From positions 409,743 through 473,742 of the forward strand of contig CP064977.1 of assembly GCA_016699465.1 (NCBI GenBank): a stretch of DNA of 64,000 nt. Reading direction: 5' to 3'. Below the pieces are notes generated by a model, which searched no databases, had not been told where the DNA came from, and saw nothing but the letters and a program-made list of their open reading frames with translations. Both the position numbers and the translations under genes were made by a program. Source of the stretch: Candidatus Campbellbacteria bacterium. GTDB lineage: Bacteria > Patescibacteriota > Minisyncoccia > Phycocordibacterales > EsbW-18. Position 1 is the first letter of the stretch. Each line of letters starts with the position of its first letter. Positions 19,747-29,907 of the stretch are shown here, piece by piece.

Positions 19747-19754
19747 AAATGTTT

Positions 19755-20261
19755 TTATTTTTTCGAGAAAAAATCGTCAAACTGATGTCCAACACTATTC
19801 TCTGGGTTATTTTTATTAAAAAACTTCTCACTCCTTTCTAAAATGCAGACTTTCTCAATACCCCCATCAATCATTACATTCCAACATGGCTCACAACACC
19901 ACCAATGCCCCCACAAATACAGAGTTGCTCCTGCGATATCATTACCTTTTGCCCGAGCATCTGCAAGAGCGCGTTGTTCACTGTGATTTTTTGGGTGACA
20001 CCCTTCACAGAGTTCATACCCTTGTCCTGTTGGAATGTTTTGTTTTACTCGCTCACATTCGTGACTTTTATGATACTCGCTTCCATTTGCTCCAAAACCT
20101 ATAATCGTATTATTTTTCACAAGAATACTCGCATTCGGCATAACCGCGTCAAGTGACTGCGAAAAAGCAAAAAGTTTGGCAATCTGCATATATGAATTTG
20201 ACAAAGAAACGTATTCGAATTCCCTGTTTTTTGGCATATATGGGTACGCTATTTTTTCCAT
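19755..20261 (-). CDS. dCMP/cytidine deaminase family protein
   Basis: HSEQRA...CEPC zinc-binding deaminase motifs. Confidence 0.7.
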   Translation of the reverse strand: MEKIAYPYMPKNREFEYVSLSNSYMQIAKLFAFSQSLDAVMPNASILVKNNTIIGFGANGSEYHKSHECERVKQNIPTGQGYELCEGCHPKNHSEQRALADARAKGNDIAGATLYLWGHWWCCEPCWNVMIDGGIEKVCILERSEKFFNKNNPENSVGHQFDDFFSKK

Positions 20262-20306
20262 ACTGTCATCGTAGCAAAAGAAGTGATTTCGAGATAGTAT
20301 GTCTGC

Positions 20307-21143
20307 ATGTCTCGTTTTGATGAAATCTATAAAGACACACTCTCCCAGATTATGACAAGGGGGGTTCCCGAATTAAATGCTAGAACTGGACACGAAACAC
20401 GAGCATTACCAGGGGTTAGCTTTGTGTTAGATGTAGAAAAAGATGGATTTCCACTCCTTACGCTCAGAAAGATACCTATAAAACTTTTTATTGCTGAACA
20501 AGTTTGGTTTATATCAGGTAGCAGAAAACCTGAAGATTTTCTTGGAACATTTACGCATATTTGGGATGATTTTACGAACCCAGGAAATGTTGTTACTGTT
20601 GCCTATGGATATCGTTGGAGAAAACACTTTGGCAGAGATCAGCTTAGTCTTCTTGTTGAACTCTTAGAAAAAGACCCCAGTTCTCGTCATGGAGTTATTG
20701 TTACGTGGGATCCTGCACAAGATGGTCTCGGCGGAACGCAAAAAGCAAATCTGCCCTGCCCGTATACGTTCACGGTAAATATCATCGGCGGTAGGTTAAA
20801 CCTACATAATATGGTTCGTTCAAATGATATGTTGCTTGGCTTTCCCCATGACGTGGCAGGGTTTGCACTACTTCAATGCATTCTTGCGCAACGACTCAAT
20901 GTGCGTGTCGGTGTGTACTCACACAGCATCTCTAACGCACACGTATATGATACTCACTATGACGGTGCGTACGAGATGCTTAAGCGACCAACAAATCATA
21001 AACAGATCTCATGTACTCTTCCTCAAAAAACATTTGAACGAGCCGAAAAAAAAGATGTAACACTTGTAGAGGAAATCGCCAACATGTTCTCCGAACAGTA
21101 CACACCACAACCTCCCATTACTGGATTACATATAGTATTATAA
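20307..21143 (+). CDS. thyA: thymidylate synthase (ThyA family)
   Basis: YGYRWRKHFG, PCP(Y) catalytic-Cys region, RSNDMLLGFPHDVAGFALL. Confidence 0.7.
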   Translation: MSRFDEIYKDTLSQIMTRGVPELNARTGHETRALPGVSFVLDVEKDGFPLLTLRKIPIKLFIAEQVWFISGSRKPEDFLGTFTHIWDDFTNPGNVVTVAYGYRWRKHFGRDQLSLLVELLEKDPSSRHGVIVTWDPAQDGLGGTQKANLPCPYTFTVNIIGGRLNLHNMVRSNDMLLGFPHDVAGFALLQCILAQRLNVRVGVYSHSISNAHVYDTHYDGAYEMLKRPTNHKQISCTLPQKTFERAEKKDVTLVEEIANMFSEQYTPQPPITGLHIVL

Positions 21144-21295
21144 CCATCTATGTCAGTACTTATCCAAAAGAAATTATTGAGAAAATAAAAAAAGGTGAGA
21201 TTGTTTTTAGTCCACACCTAGATACTTTCCAGTTACAAGCGCATTCGGTTGATCTACGACTCGGTTTTACGTTTCTTGTACCAAAATCCTCACGT

Positions 21296-21811
21296 ATGAC
21301 ACCAAAAGGACGCGAGGCACTACTCATTGATCCCTTGGCGGAAAAATACGACGCGCGATACTTTGATGTCATCGAACTTGAAAAGGGCCAGTACTTTGAA
21401 CTACTTCCTCAAGAACATGTGTTAGTATCGAGTTTCGAAAGTATTAAAGTTCCTGATGATTTAATGGCCGTTCTTTATCCACGCTCTTCAACAAATAGAA
21501 AAGGTATGTCGGTTGATTTGACGGGCATCATCGATGCGGGATACGAAGGACAACTTACTATTCCAGTACGAAACAATACCCGCTCGCAAGTAATTCGCCT
21601 GTATCCAGGAGAGCGTTTTTGTCAGGTTGTATTTGAATCACTCACTGAAAGAGTTACCCCGCGTAAAAGCCGATACCATCAACGTGACATTATTGAAGGT
21701 ACCGCGTCTGAAGAAATGCAAGAAGTTGATCTTATTAAAACGGGTGAGATTAAAAAACTTAAAGAAACGTTCCCTGTTATAAAGGGTTATGCCCATGATG
21801 AATCAGAGTAA
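21296..21811 (+). CDS. dcd: dCTP deaminase/dUTPase-family protein
   Basis: GIIDAGYEGQLT motif. Confidence 0.6.
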   Translation: MTPKGREALLIDPLAEKYDARYFDVIELEKGQYFELLPQEHVLVSSFESIKVPDDLMAVLYPRSSTNRKGMSVDLTGIIDAGYEGQLTIPVRNNTRSQVIRLYPGERFCQVVFESLTERVTPRKSRYHQRDIIEGTASEEMQEVDLIKTGEIKKLKETFPVIKGYAHDESE

Positions 21812-22280
21812 GATAAGCATCATTGCAGCCATAGGAAAAACAACCCATGCACTTGGCAAAGACGGTGCACTTTTGTGGCGTATTCCAGAAGACATGAGAC
21901 GTTTTAAGACACTCACCATTGGCCACACTGTCATCATGGGCCGAAAGACGTGGGAATCTATACCAGAAAAGTTCAGACCGCTTCCAGAGCGTACCAATAT
22001 CGTTATCACAAAAAACACTGCCTACAGTGCTTCCGGTGCACTCGTTGTACATACGTTCAATGAAGCGCTCGATGTCGCACAAAAAAACGAAAGGACGGAA
22101 ATATTTATTATCGGTGGAGCACGTGTATATGAAGAGGCGTTGTCTAAAAGTTCTCGGCTGTACCTGACACTTGTTGATTCTGATACACAAGGTGATGTAT
22201 TTTTTCCAGATTATTCTACGTTCACAAAAAAATCTTTGAGGAAAGACATCTTGAAAATACCCCGCCGTATTCATTTGTAA
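21789..22280 (+). CDS. folA: dihydrofolate reductase
   Basis: ISIIAAIGKT...GRKTWESIP...IFIIGGARVYEEAL. Confidence 0.8.
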   Translation: MPMMNQSKISIIAAIGKTTHALGKDGALLWRIPEDMRRFKTLTIGHTVIMGRKTWESIPEKFRPLPERTNIVITKNTAYSASGALVVHTFNEALDVAQKNERTEIFIIGGARVYEEALSKSSRLYLTLVDSDTQGDVFFPDYSTFTKKSLRKDILKIPRRIHL

Positions 22281-22290
22281 TATTGGAAAA

Positions 22291-22330
22291 ATAAAACACC
22301 ATCCATGTTGGAGGGTGTTTTATTAAAAGA
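22291..22330. terminator. hairpin plus T-tract between convergent folA and rplK
   Basis: caccatccatgttggagggtg followed by ttttatt. Confidence 0.45.
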
Positions 22331-22345
22331 ATGGGGTTTGAAAAA

Positions 22346-22768
22346 TTATTTTACGGTAATTCCCATACTTCGGGCACTTCCTTCGATGATTTTCATTGCT
22401 GCGTCGATGTCGTGTGCGTTGAGGTCTGCCATTTTGCGTTCTGCAATTTCGCGGACCTGTGCTTTCGTTACTGAACCAACTGGTTTGAGAGGGTTTCCTG
22501 AACCCTTCTCTACTCCCGCTGCCTTAATAAGCAAACTTGAAGCGGGTGGACTCTTGAGAACGAAGTCATAACTTCTGTCTTCAAAAACCGTAAGCACAAC
22601 TGATACCGTCTCACCTCGCATTGCCTGTGTCGCTGCGTTGAACTTAGTAACAAAGTCACCGATGTTCACTCCAGCTTGACCAAGTGCAGGTCCAAGTGGT
22701 GGCGCAGGTGTTGCCGCACCTCCGGCAATCTGTAATTTAAGTGTTTTAAGTATTTTTTTGGCCATATA
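22346..22768 (-). CDS. rplK: ribosomal protein L11
   Basis: [30 protein letters not shown]..., start at the internal Met. Confidence 0.85.
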   Translation of the reverse strand, partial: YMAKKILKTLKLQIAGGAATPAPPLGPALGQAGVNIGDFVTKFNAATQAMRGETVSVVLTVFEDRSYDFVLKSPPASSLLIKAAGVEKGSGNPLKPVGSVTKAQVREIAERKMADLNAHDIDAAMKIIEGSARSMGITVK

Positions 22769-22872
22769 ATTATGTGATTTCCAGACTCGGGAAGCTATGA
22801 ATCTAGAGATAAAACCGAAAGCGTAACGAGAGAATACTACAGTATTTTTGGGCTTTTTCAAGCCCTCCCTCA

Positions 22873-23430
22873 TTATATTTTTTTGACCTGTAAGAAGTCC
22901 AATTCAACCGGCGTTTCGCGTCCAAACATGGACACAAGGATTTTTACCTTTCCACGCTGACGATCAACTTCAGACACACGTCCTTCAAAATCTTTAAATG
23001 GACCATCAACAATAATGAGTCGATCATCCTGTTCAAAATCAATAAGGTGCATTGGCATATCTGCCTTCATGCGACCAAAGAGCTCATCAATTTCATCTTG
23101 TTTGAGTGGAACCGGTTGCACACCCGAACCAACGAAACCAGTCACGCGAGGTGTGTTACGAACCACGTACCATGAATCATCTGTCACAATCATATCCACA
23201 AGAATGTATCCTGGGTACACCTTCTCTTCTTCTTCAACACGCTTGCCACGTTTTACTTTTATTTTTTTCTCAGTAGGAACAAGCACGTTAAAAATTTTAT
23301 CCTCCATACCAAGAGATTCCACTCGCTGTTTGAGGTTGCGCACCACGGCATCCTCGTATCCAGCGTACGTGTGAATGGCATACCAGTTACGTCCTTGGTC
23401 GTGTTGCTTTTGAACTTTTTGTTGATTCAT
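22873..23430 (-). CDS. nusG: transcription termination/antitermination factor NusG
   Basis: NGN and KOW domains (WYAIHTYAG..., GRVSEVD). Confidence 0.85.
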   Translation of the reverse strand: MNQQKVQKQHDQGRNWYAIHTYAGYEDAVVRNLKQRVESLGMEDKIFNVLVPTEKKIKVKRGKRVEEEEKVYPGYILVDMIVTDDSWYVVRNTPRVTGFVGSGVQPVPLKQDEIDELFGRMKADMPMHLIDFEQDDRLIIVDGPFKDFEGRVSEVDRQRGKVKILVSMFGRETPVELDFLQVKKI

Positions 23431-23475
23431 AGTGTTATGTGAAAAGTTGGCAATGTGTTTCCCTTCAATCCCTAA

Positions 23476-23658
23476 TTAGATAAGAAACTTCTGGACCAAG
23501 AATGTAAAGAGTGCATCAAATGCACCGAGGTACGCTGCAGTGAAGACAGAAATCGCCACAACGACAATTGTAAACGCAATTGCTTGTGCGCGTGTTGGCC
23601 AACTCACATGTTTGAGTTCTGTTTGGGTGTCTTTAAGATATTGAATGAAACGTGACAT
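23476..23658 (-). CDS. secE: preprotein translocase subunit SecE
   Basis: Short, single C-terminal TM segment (LKHVSWPTRAQAIAFTIVVV...). In its conserved position next to nusG. Confidence 0.6.
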   Translation of the reverse strand: MSRFIQYLKDTQTELKHVSWPTRAQAIAFTIVVVAISVFTAAYLGAFDALFTFLVQKFLI

Positions 23659-24498
23659 AGGTGTGATGTGACATGTAACGCACAACATGTAACAATACTT
23701 TTTGCTACACAATACGTGCTACATGTTTCGTGTTTCTGGTAATTAAAAACCCCTCGCGGGGCCTTTGTGATTAGTATAGTACACCTCCAACTAGAGATAG
23801 TCAACTGGTATAGAAAAGCGCCCCGATCGAAGTCGGGGCGACAAGAAAAACGCCTAAGAGAAACCCACGGATCTTGGAGGAAGTGGAGTCCGTCCCCGCA
23901 ATGGAAACGCGCAAGGAAGCTTTCGCCTCTTGACCACCGGCCAAGACGATGCGGTCTCGCTGCCAATGAGCAGCTGATTCACGACTTGTTGCTTCTTTTT
24001 CTTCCTCTTCGCCATGATTCCTCCGATTCATCCAAGGTACATAGTGCTTCGTCTAACACACGAGCTATCTACACACAACCTACCCCCGAAGATACGTCGC
24101 GTCAAGATATAAAAAAGCACCCTAACCGAAGTTAGGGCGCATCACCGGACGAATCCAGATGGCTAACGCGAGCGGTCGAATGACCAATCCGGGACAGTGA
24201 CAAAGTTGCCACGTCCCATCCTCGGAGCCTCCTGTCCCGTCGTAGACGTCCCCTTCCTCGAGGACATCCCCCGCCGTAAGGCGGATTCCAAACACCGTTG
24301 CGTGGGGATTCGAAGGATGTCGGTACTCCTGCGCAACTCCTTCCACTCTAGACCTCCTCATTCTGTGGCCATATCGAGAACCACATGTTAACAACAATAC
24401 CCGAAAAGATACTACTCTTTTTTCAGGGAGATGACAAGTTATGAATCTATAAGGATCTCGATTCACCAAATATTCAAACTTTGAGTGCTGAAAAATTA

Positions 24499-25410
24499 TT
24501 ATTTCAAGTTTTGCAACTTTCGATTGGCAATCACCACAAGAAGCGGAGACGCAATGAAAATTGATGAGTACGTTCCCACAACCATACCAATGAGAAGTGT
24601 GAGCACAAAACTATGAATGACCGATCCTCCAAGGAAAAAGAGTACGAGCAACACAAGAATAACCGTGAGTGACGTGTTCAATGAACGTACATATGTTTCT
24701 TCCAAACTCTTCCCTACCGTTTCAGTAAATCCTTCCTTTGTGTGATGTTCCTTGTTGCGTCGTAGGTGTTCTCGAATACGATCAAACACCACAATCGTAT
24801 CATTCACGGAGAGACCGAGGATAGTCAACAGCGCTACAATAAACAATGTATCCGCTTCAAGCCCTGCCGTTTTTCCCAAGAGTGCAAACACACCTGTTGG
24901 AATGGTAATGTCGTGTAGGAGTGCCAAAATAGCGATTAATCCATAAACCCAAGATGAAATTGGTTCAGATACTTTTCGGAACGTGAAAGCAACATATAAA
25001 ATAATCATGAGCATCACGAGCGCGATTGCGATCCACGTTTTTCGACGAAGCTCTTGCCCAACAGTCGGACCAACAGAACTCAATCGTTCAATTTCTGGTT
25101 TGTAGCGTCCCTCTCCTGAAAGTGCTGTGAGTAGTGTTGTTCTATCGCCTTCTGAAAGTGTTTTTGTACGAATAAGCACACCTCCTTCTGCGGAATCACG
25201 AACAACAGCGCCTGCAAATCCTGCCTTTTCGAGCGTGGTGGTTAATTCAGGTCCTGTTGGGCGTGCATCTGCAAATCGTACAGAAACAATAGAACCACCA
25301 GTAAAATCAACGCTCGGATTGAGTCCCCACATGCCAATTGCGACGAGCGATGCAAGCACGAGAAGACCCGAGAGAGCGAAGAAGAAATTTTTATATTTGA
25401 GAATAAACAT
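24499..25410 (-). CDS. secF: protein translocase subunit SecF
   Basis: SecF topology and motifs. Adjacent to secD. Confidence 0.85.
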   Translation of the reverse strand: MFILKYKNFFFALSGLLVLASLVAIGMWGLNPSVDFTGGSIVSVRFADARPTGPELTTTLEKAGFAGAVVRDSAEGGVLIRTKTLSEGDRTTLLTALSGEGRYKPEIERLSSVGPTVGQELRRKTWIAIALVMLMIILYVAFTFRKVSEPISSWVYGLIAILALLHDITIPTGVFALLGKTAGLEADTLFIVALLTILGLSVNDTIVVFDRIREHLRRNKEHHTKEGFTETVGKSLEETYVRSLNTSLTVILVLLVLFFLGGSVIHSFVLTLLIGMVVGTYSSIFIASPLLVVIANRKLQNLK

Positions 25411-25434
25411 AGCGTACGTAGTAAGTAGTAATGA

Positions 25435-26754
25435 TTATGCGTTAGTTACCCCACTTCCAAACAAGAATTTTGTCGTTCGTGTTACCTCCTTTGGAGCAAG
25501 GGCAAGAAGTAGTGTTCGCGTAATACTAATCGCCGTGAACATACTTACAATAACTCCAAGAAGAAGTGTAAGGGCGAATCCCTTAATCAAACTTGTTGTT
25601 GTGTAAAACAAAATAATTGCACTGATAACGGTTGTCATGTTTCCGTCACGAATAGAAAGCCATGCGCGTGAGAATCCTTCAGCAATTGCGTCGTGAATAT
25701 TTTTTCCACTTCGAAGCTCCTCTTTCATACGTTCAAAAATAAGCACGTTTGCATCAACAGCAATACCAATAGTGAGAATGAAACCTGCGATACCAGCAGC
25801 GGTGAGTGTCACTGGAACAAGCTTGAAGAGCGCGAGCATGATGAGCGTGTACAATGCAAGTGCAACAACCGCAACAAGACCTGGAAGGCGGTACCAGAAA
25901 ATCATAAAAAGTGCGACGATAAGAAAACCCCAGAGACCAGCTTGCACGCCCGCACTCATAAGCTCTTTTCCAAGAGACGCACCAACAGAATCGGCACCAA
26001 CAAGCGTAATGGGAACAGGGAGAGCACCGAAATTAAGATTACGTGCCATTTCTTTTGCCTCATCAGCAGAAAGACCGGTAATAATTGCCTTTCCATCAGT
26101 AATTGTTGCTTGAATTGTTGGATCTCCTTTCATTTCTCCATCAAGGAAAATGGCGAGACGTTCACCAAGGTGCTTTGAGGTAATGTCGGCGAAAAGTTTT
26201 GTTCCCTCGTCGTTAAACGTAAGTGCAACAATTGGCTCTTGCACAATAGTTTGACGACTTTGATTAAATTGCAACTGAGCATTTTTAAGAAAACGTCCCG
26301 TGAGGCCCGTTGCAACATAGCCGGTCATAGTTGTTGTTGCGCTCGTTGTACCAACTTGCCCTTGAAATTCTTTTGCGAGACGAAACTCAAGCATTGGTGT
26401 CTTTCCGAGCTGCTTAATTGCGGCGTCAATATCAGTCACACCTGGAAGCTCCACAATAAGACGCTGTTCTTTTCCTGTTGCGATACGCGCTTCTTCAACT
26501 TGTACTACTGGCTCTGAAACACCGAAAACATTCACGCGGCGCTCAATCACATCACGCAGGGAATTCATCGCATTTCCAACATCGGCACTTGGTACACCAG
26601 AGACGTCGGCACTGTATGTGAGAAGTGTTCCTCCGGCGAGATCAAGACCTGCCTTAAATGCATACTTAGAACCAGGAGCTTGTGTGGAGTATACAAAAAA
26701 TCCCAAACCAACGCCTGCGAGTAAAATAAGGACTGCAATAATTCGTGTTTTCAT
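25435..26754 (-). CDS. secD: protein translocase subunit SecD
   Basis: SecD periplasmic domain plus C-terminal 6-TM bundle. Confidence 0.85.
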   Translation of the reverse strand: MKTRIIAVLILLAGVGLGFFVYSTQAPGSKYAFKAGLDLAGGTLLTYSADVSGVPSADVGNAMNSLRDVIERRVNVFGVSEPVVQVEEARIATGKEQRLIVELPGVTDIDAAIKQLGKTPMLEFRLAKEFQGQVGTTSATTTMTGYVATGLTGRFLKNAQLQFNQSRQTIVQEPIVALTFNDEGTKLFADITSKHLGERLAIFLDGEMKGDPTIQATITDGKAIITGLSADEAKEMARNLNFGALPVPITLVGADSVGASLGKELMSAGVQAGLWGFLIVALFMIFWYRLPGLVAVVALALYTLIMLALFKLVPVTLTAAGIAGFILTIGIAVDANVLIFERMKEELRSGKNIHDAIAEGFSRAWLSIRDGNMTTVISAIILFYTTTSLIKGFALTLLLGVIVSMFTAISITRTLLLALAPKEVTRTTKFLFGSGVTNA

Positions 26755-27117
26755 TCTATTGAGAGAGCAAAGATGCGAGGCATGTTTGCTTGTAGTATTT
26801 AATAAATAGTTTGTTACCCCTGTCTCGACATAACCCTAAAAATAACCATTCACGGTCATCTCATACAGGGTACCCAGACACATTGGTATATCACAAAAAC
26901 ACCCAAAACAAAAGGGCGTTCGCGCATCGCGCGAACACCCCAACTACACAGCGAAGAGATCTACTCACCACCGGGTCGAATGAGCCAATGGCACATGAGG
27001 AAACCTTCTCCTGCCACTCAAATTTTCTGAATGAGCTCCCTCACCATCCCAGAGAGTTCATTCACCCCTGTCGAAGAAAGCGGGGGGTGTGAGCGAGGTC
27101 TTCTGTGGTTTCCCTCG

Positions 27118-27225
27118 TCAAACAACGTCCACCGCCACACGGAGGATTGTCTCACGATCCTCCGCGTCAACCTCCAACGGCAACCTGATCACCCAAGCCG
27201 CCAGCTTCGTGTCGCCTAGACTCAT
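27118..27225 (-). CDS. candidate 35-aa small ORF with consensus SD in the secD leader
   Basis: AAGGAGG, 5 nt, ATG. MSLGDTKLAAWVIRLPLEVDAEDRETILRVAVDVV. GC-rich. Confidence 0.2.
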   Translation of the reverse strand: MSLGDTKLAAWVIRLPLEVDAEDRETILRVAVDVV

Positions 27226-27292
27226 TTTGCCTCCTTTCGTTGTCCTAAGGTTTTAACCAGATTCTGTGAATATATTATAAAAACACAATACC

Positions 27293-28129
27293 TCATTCCG
27301 ATATCTCTGGTGACTGATACTTAACACATAGCAATAAATTATGAAAAAGCATTGCAATAGCAATTGGGCCAACTCCTCCTGGAACAGGGGTCATCACTGA
27401 AGCTTTTTGTGCACATTCTGGATCTGCATCCCCCACCACCTTGCCCCCCGCCTCGCTCGTGCCCGCGTCGAGAATAACCACGCCATCTTTAATCATGTTG
27501 GGCTTGAGCACGTGTGGCGCGCCGGCACCCAAAACAAGGATATCTGCGTTGTGTGTGTACGCTTCGAGCGTGTCACCGCGTTCGACCACGGCGACACGCG
27601 CACCCCAATGAGACAGCCATGTTGCCATGGGACCACCCACAAGCAACCCGCGTCCAACAACAACCGCGTTTTTCTCCGCAACGTCAACTCCTGCATGCTC
27701 CAAGATTTCTTTGCACGCGCCAACCACAGGTGGAAGGAGTGACATATCGCCGTTTTCAAAACGGGTTCGTGCCTCCGCGCCAAGTCCATCGACATCGTGC
27801 GACGCCGGAATCGTGTCTTGTATCTTTTTGAAATCAATGTGCGCCGGCAAGGGCAACTGTACGATGATGCCGTTGCTCACAGCAACAGCCTCGCGCACGT
27901 GTGCAACCAACGCATCGGTTGTCGTTGATTCAGGAAGCTCGAGCACCCGCACATCAACACCAACCGATTCACCGGTTCGTTTTTTGATCTTGATGAACTG
28001 TTGCGTTGCGGCATCAGACGAGAGCACAAACACGCTCAAAAGCGGCCTCTCAACAAGCGTTGAGACCTTGTGTGCAAGCGATTCGGTTATCTCACGCGCA
28101 ATAGCGCGTCCATCAATGAGCATATGCAT
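27293..28129 (-). CDS. folD: bifunctional methylenetetrahydrofolate dehydrogenase/cyclohydrolase
   Basis: FolD catalytic and NADP-binding motifs (GGVGPIAIAML). Confidence 0.85.
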   Translation of the reverse strand: MHMLIDGRAIAREITESLAHKVSTLVERPLLSVFVLSSDAATQQFIKIKKRTGESVGVDVRVLELPESTTTDALVAHVREAVAVSNGIIVQLPLPAHIDFKKIQDTIPASHDVDGLGAEARTRFENGDMSLLPPVVGACKEILEHAGVDVAEKNAVVVGRGLLVGGPMATWLSHWGARVAVVERGDTLEAYTHNADILVLGAGAPHVLKPNMIKDGVVILDAGTSEAGGKVVGDADPECAQKASVMTPVPGGVGPIAIAMLFHNLLLCVKYQSPEISE

Positions 28130-28150
28130 ATTCTACCATTCATCACACAT

Positions 28151-28212
28151 ATAAAAATGAAACCCCCGTGCAGTGAGCACGGGGGGGCAAAGCTAGACAT
28201 CAGGCAGCGCGA
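28151..28212 (-). terminator. terminator module copy 1 (downstream of gene A)
   Basis: cccccgtgctcactgcacggggg hairpin plus tttcattttt on the minus strand. Near-identical to the module at 29044-29103. Confidence 0.55.
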
Positions 28213-28886
28213 GTGTGAGAGAACACGAGACGCCCGGCGTCCCAAGCGAGGCCGTGGTCGACCTTGCCGGCGCCGACGACCCAGCCGCCGCTGCCGGCGT
28301 GCCAGAGGACGTTCACGAGCCGCAAGACGCCCTTGGCGTCCCGAACCCGGAACAGGTTCGCCCTGCCGTCGACGTGGAGCTTGCCACGCCGACCCTGACC
28401 CTGACGCTTCATCAGCGCCCAGATCTGGCCGCACGTGGCCTCCTCGACACCTTCGCCGAGCGCGGTGTTGATGTCCGCGCAGTAGGCGGTGCGGGTGAGC
28501 TCGTTGCGCCGGAGCGCGAGCGGAGGCTGCGCCTCCTCGACGAGACCGCCGAAGCAGCTCGTGAAGAAGCCGTCGATGTACCCCACCTTCACGCCGTCCG
28601 TCTTGCCCACCTTGAAGTGAGCGGAGACGTCGAAGCTCGGGATGGCGGCGATCTTCACCGTGTCGAGGTAGCGGAAGAGCGGCGGAACGGCCGGCTTCTC
28701 AATCTCGACGATGCGATGCGTGCCGTCGAGCACGCACTCGACATTCTGCAGCTTGCCGTCGACGTAACCCTGCACGATCCGACCGACAACAACAGGATCG
28801 AGAGACCCCTCCCTGACCCGTCGGAACCAGTCGTGTTGCTGTCGGGCAAACTTGCCCAATGCCGTGTCGTCTGCGACGTGAGTCAT
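28200..28886 (-). CDS. hypothetical protein A (GC-rich island)
   Basis: RBS AAAGGAGAG then 5 nt then ATG (MTHVADD...). About 64% GC. No recognisable domain. Confidence 0.45.
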   Translation of the reverse strand: MTHVADDTALGKFARQQHDWFRRVREGSLDPVVVGRIVQGYVDGKLQNVECVLDGTHRIVEIEKPAVPPLFRYLDTVKIAAIPSFDVSAHFKVGKTDGVKVGYIDGFFTSCFGGLVEEAQPPLALRRNELTRTAYCADINTALGEGVEEATCGQIWALMKRQGQGRRGKLHVDGRANLFRVRDAKGVLRLVNVLWHAGSGGWVVGAGKVDHGLAWDAGRLVFSHTRAA

Positions 28887-28912
28887 GACGACTCTCCTTT
28901 CATGCCCGCAGG

Positions 28913-29036
28913 TCTCCATTGACCGCGGTTGTGAAAGCTCGTATTTAAGCCCTCAAAACCACGGCCAATTGATTGGTTTAGAAAGAACACACGCACCAGT
29001 AGTACGCGTAAAAGTGGGGGTTGTCAATGTTGGTGA
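28913..29036 (-). repeat. about 120-bp promoter/5'UTR module, copy 1 (upstream of gene A)
   Basis: Near-identical to 29785-29907. Contains minus-strand TTGACA (29022-29027) and internal CCATTGAC-type inverted half-sites. Confidence 0.7.
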
Positions 29037-29043
29037 GATTTTT

Positions 29044-29103
29044 ATAAAAATGAAACCCCCGTGCAGTGAGCATGGGGGCAAAGCGAGACATCAGACAGCG
29101 CGA
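29044..29103 (-). terminator. terminator module copy 2 (downstream of gene B)
   Basis: Same hairpin plus T-tract as 28151-28212. The homology starts about 11 nt inside the coding 3' end. Confidence 0.55.
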
Positions 29104-29741
29104 AAATCAGCGGCAACGGAGCTGTCCCAGCTAGGGTTGATCCATTGCCCCATCGAGCAAACAAGATTCGCTTCTTGGTGCCAATATCCGTAGCGAACAT
29201 ACAGAAAGTTGGCAATATGCGAACGGTGGAAGGTATCACCGAGGAAGAACACCCGGATTGCATTTCCATTGGTATCCTTCTTCCACGACTCCGGCCAGAG
29301 CTCGGAACGCTTGATCAAGTAGTCAAGCACCTTGGCACCGACATTACCACCCGACTCATCAACCACCTTTCGGTGGTGACCCCCGTCGGCATCGATGGTA
29401 AGAAGGCTAAGCGGCTTACCATCAAGATACAACATGTCGCCCTGACGCTTGAGTTTGACAACGCCCGACTTCGGCGGGCTCATCCGCTCGAGTCCGAGGT
29501 CGTCAGACGGAAGCATACAGGGAACCGAGAAATCGATGGTGTGCTCCAGAGGATTGATCTCGTGCGTGCCGCGAAGAACCCCGATGTGAAGATCAAAGTC
29601 CGCCGGCCTGGACTTCACCATCTGAAAAAAGTCCAGAAGGTCTTGAACCGACCGCTTCCCATCCAAGACAAGCGGCCAGATTCCGAAAACCCAAAGCTTC
29701 CACAACCTCTCAGCCAGAATTTGGACGGTATTGGCGCCCAT
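29091..29741 (-). CDS. hypothetical protein B (GC-rich island)
   Basis: RBS AAGGAGAAAAT then ATG (MGANTVQILAERL...). No confident family assignment. Confidence 0.45.
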   Translation of the reverse strand: MGANTVQILAERLWKLWVFGIWPLVLDGKRSVQDLLDFFQMVKSRPADFDLHIGVLRGTHEINPLEHTIDFSVPCMLPSDDLGLERMSPPKSGVVKLKRQGDMLYLDGKPLSLLTIDADGGHHRKVVDESGGNVGAKVLDYLIKRSELWPESWKKDTNGNAIRVFFLGDTFHRSHIANFLYVRYGYWHQEANLVCSMGQWINPSWDSSVAADFRAV

Positions 29742-29784
29742 ATTTTCTCCTTGCCCAGTATCAGTGGGCACAAGGGCCGCGAAT

Positions 29785-29907
29785 CTCCATTGACCGCGGT
29801 TGTGAAAGCTCGTATTTAAGCCCTCAAAACCACGGCCAATTGATTGGTTTAGAAAGAACACACGCACCAGTAGTACGCGTAAAAGTGGGGATTGTCAATG
29901 TTGTGTG
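29785..29907 (-). repeat. about 120-bp promoter/5'UTR module, copy 2 (upstream of gene B)
   Basis: Near-identical to copy 1. Minus-strand TTGACA at 29893-29898. Confidence 0.7.

Noticed and set aside
20307-21143. Alternative call of a dCMP/dUMP hydroxymethylase instead of thymidylate synthase
   Set aside because: The genomic context (folA, dcd and tmk adjacent) and the ThyA-like motifs favour canonical thyA. The element-borne modification-enzyme idea has no support.
23760-24400. tmRNA / RNase P RNA / SRP RNA in the secE-secF gap
   Set aside because: Only partial motif resemblance was found. No tRNA-like 3' end (GGTTCGAATCC...CCA) and no RNase P P4 or SRP GGAAGCAGCC core. Left as an unexplained region.
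28215-28922. 235-aa plus-strand ORF antisense to gene A. Similar long antisense ORFs are 57461-59104 (+) and 55733-56611 (-).
   Set aside because: These are high-GC shadow ORFs with no RBS, and the opposite strand carries the motif-bearing genes (ABC signature, OmpA_C).
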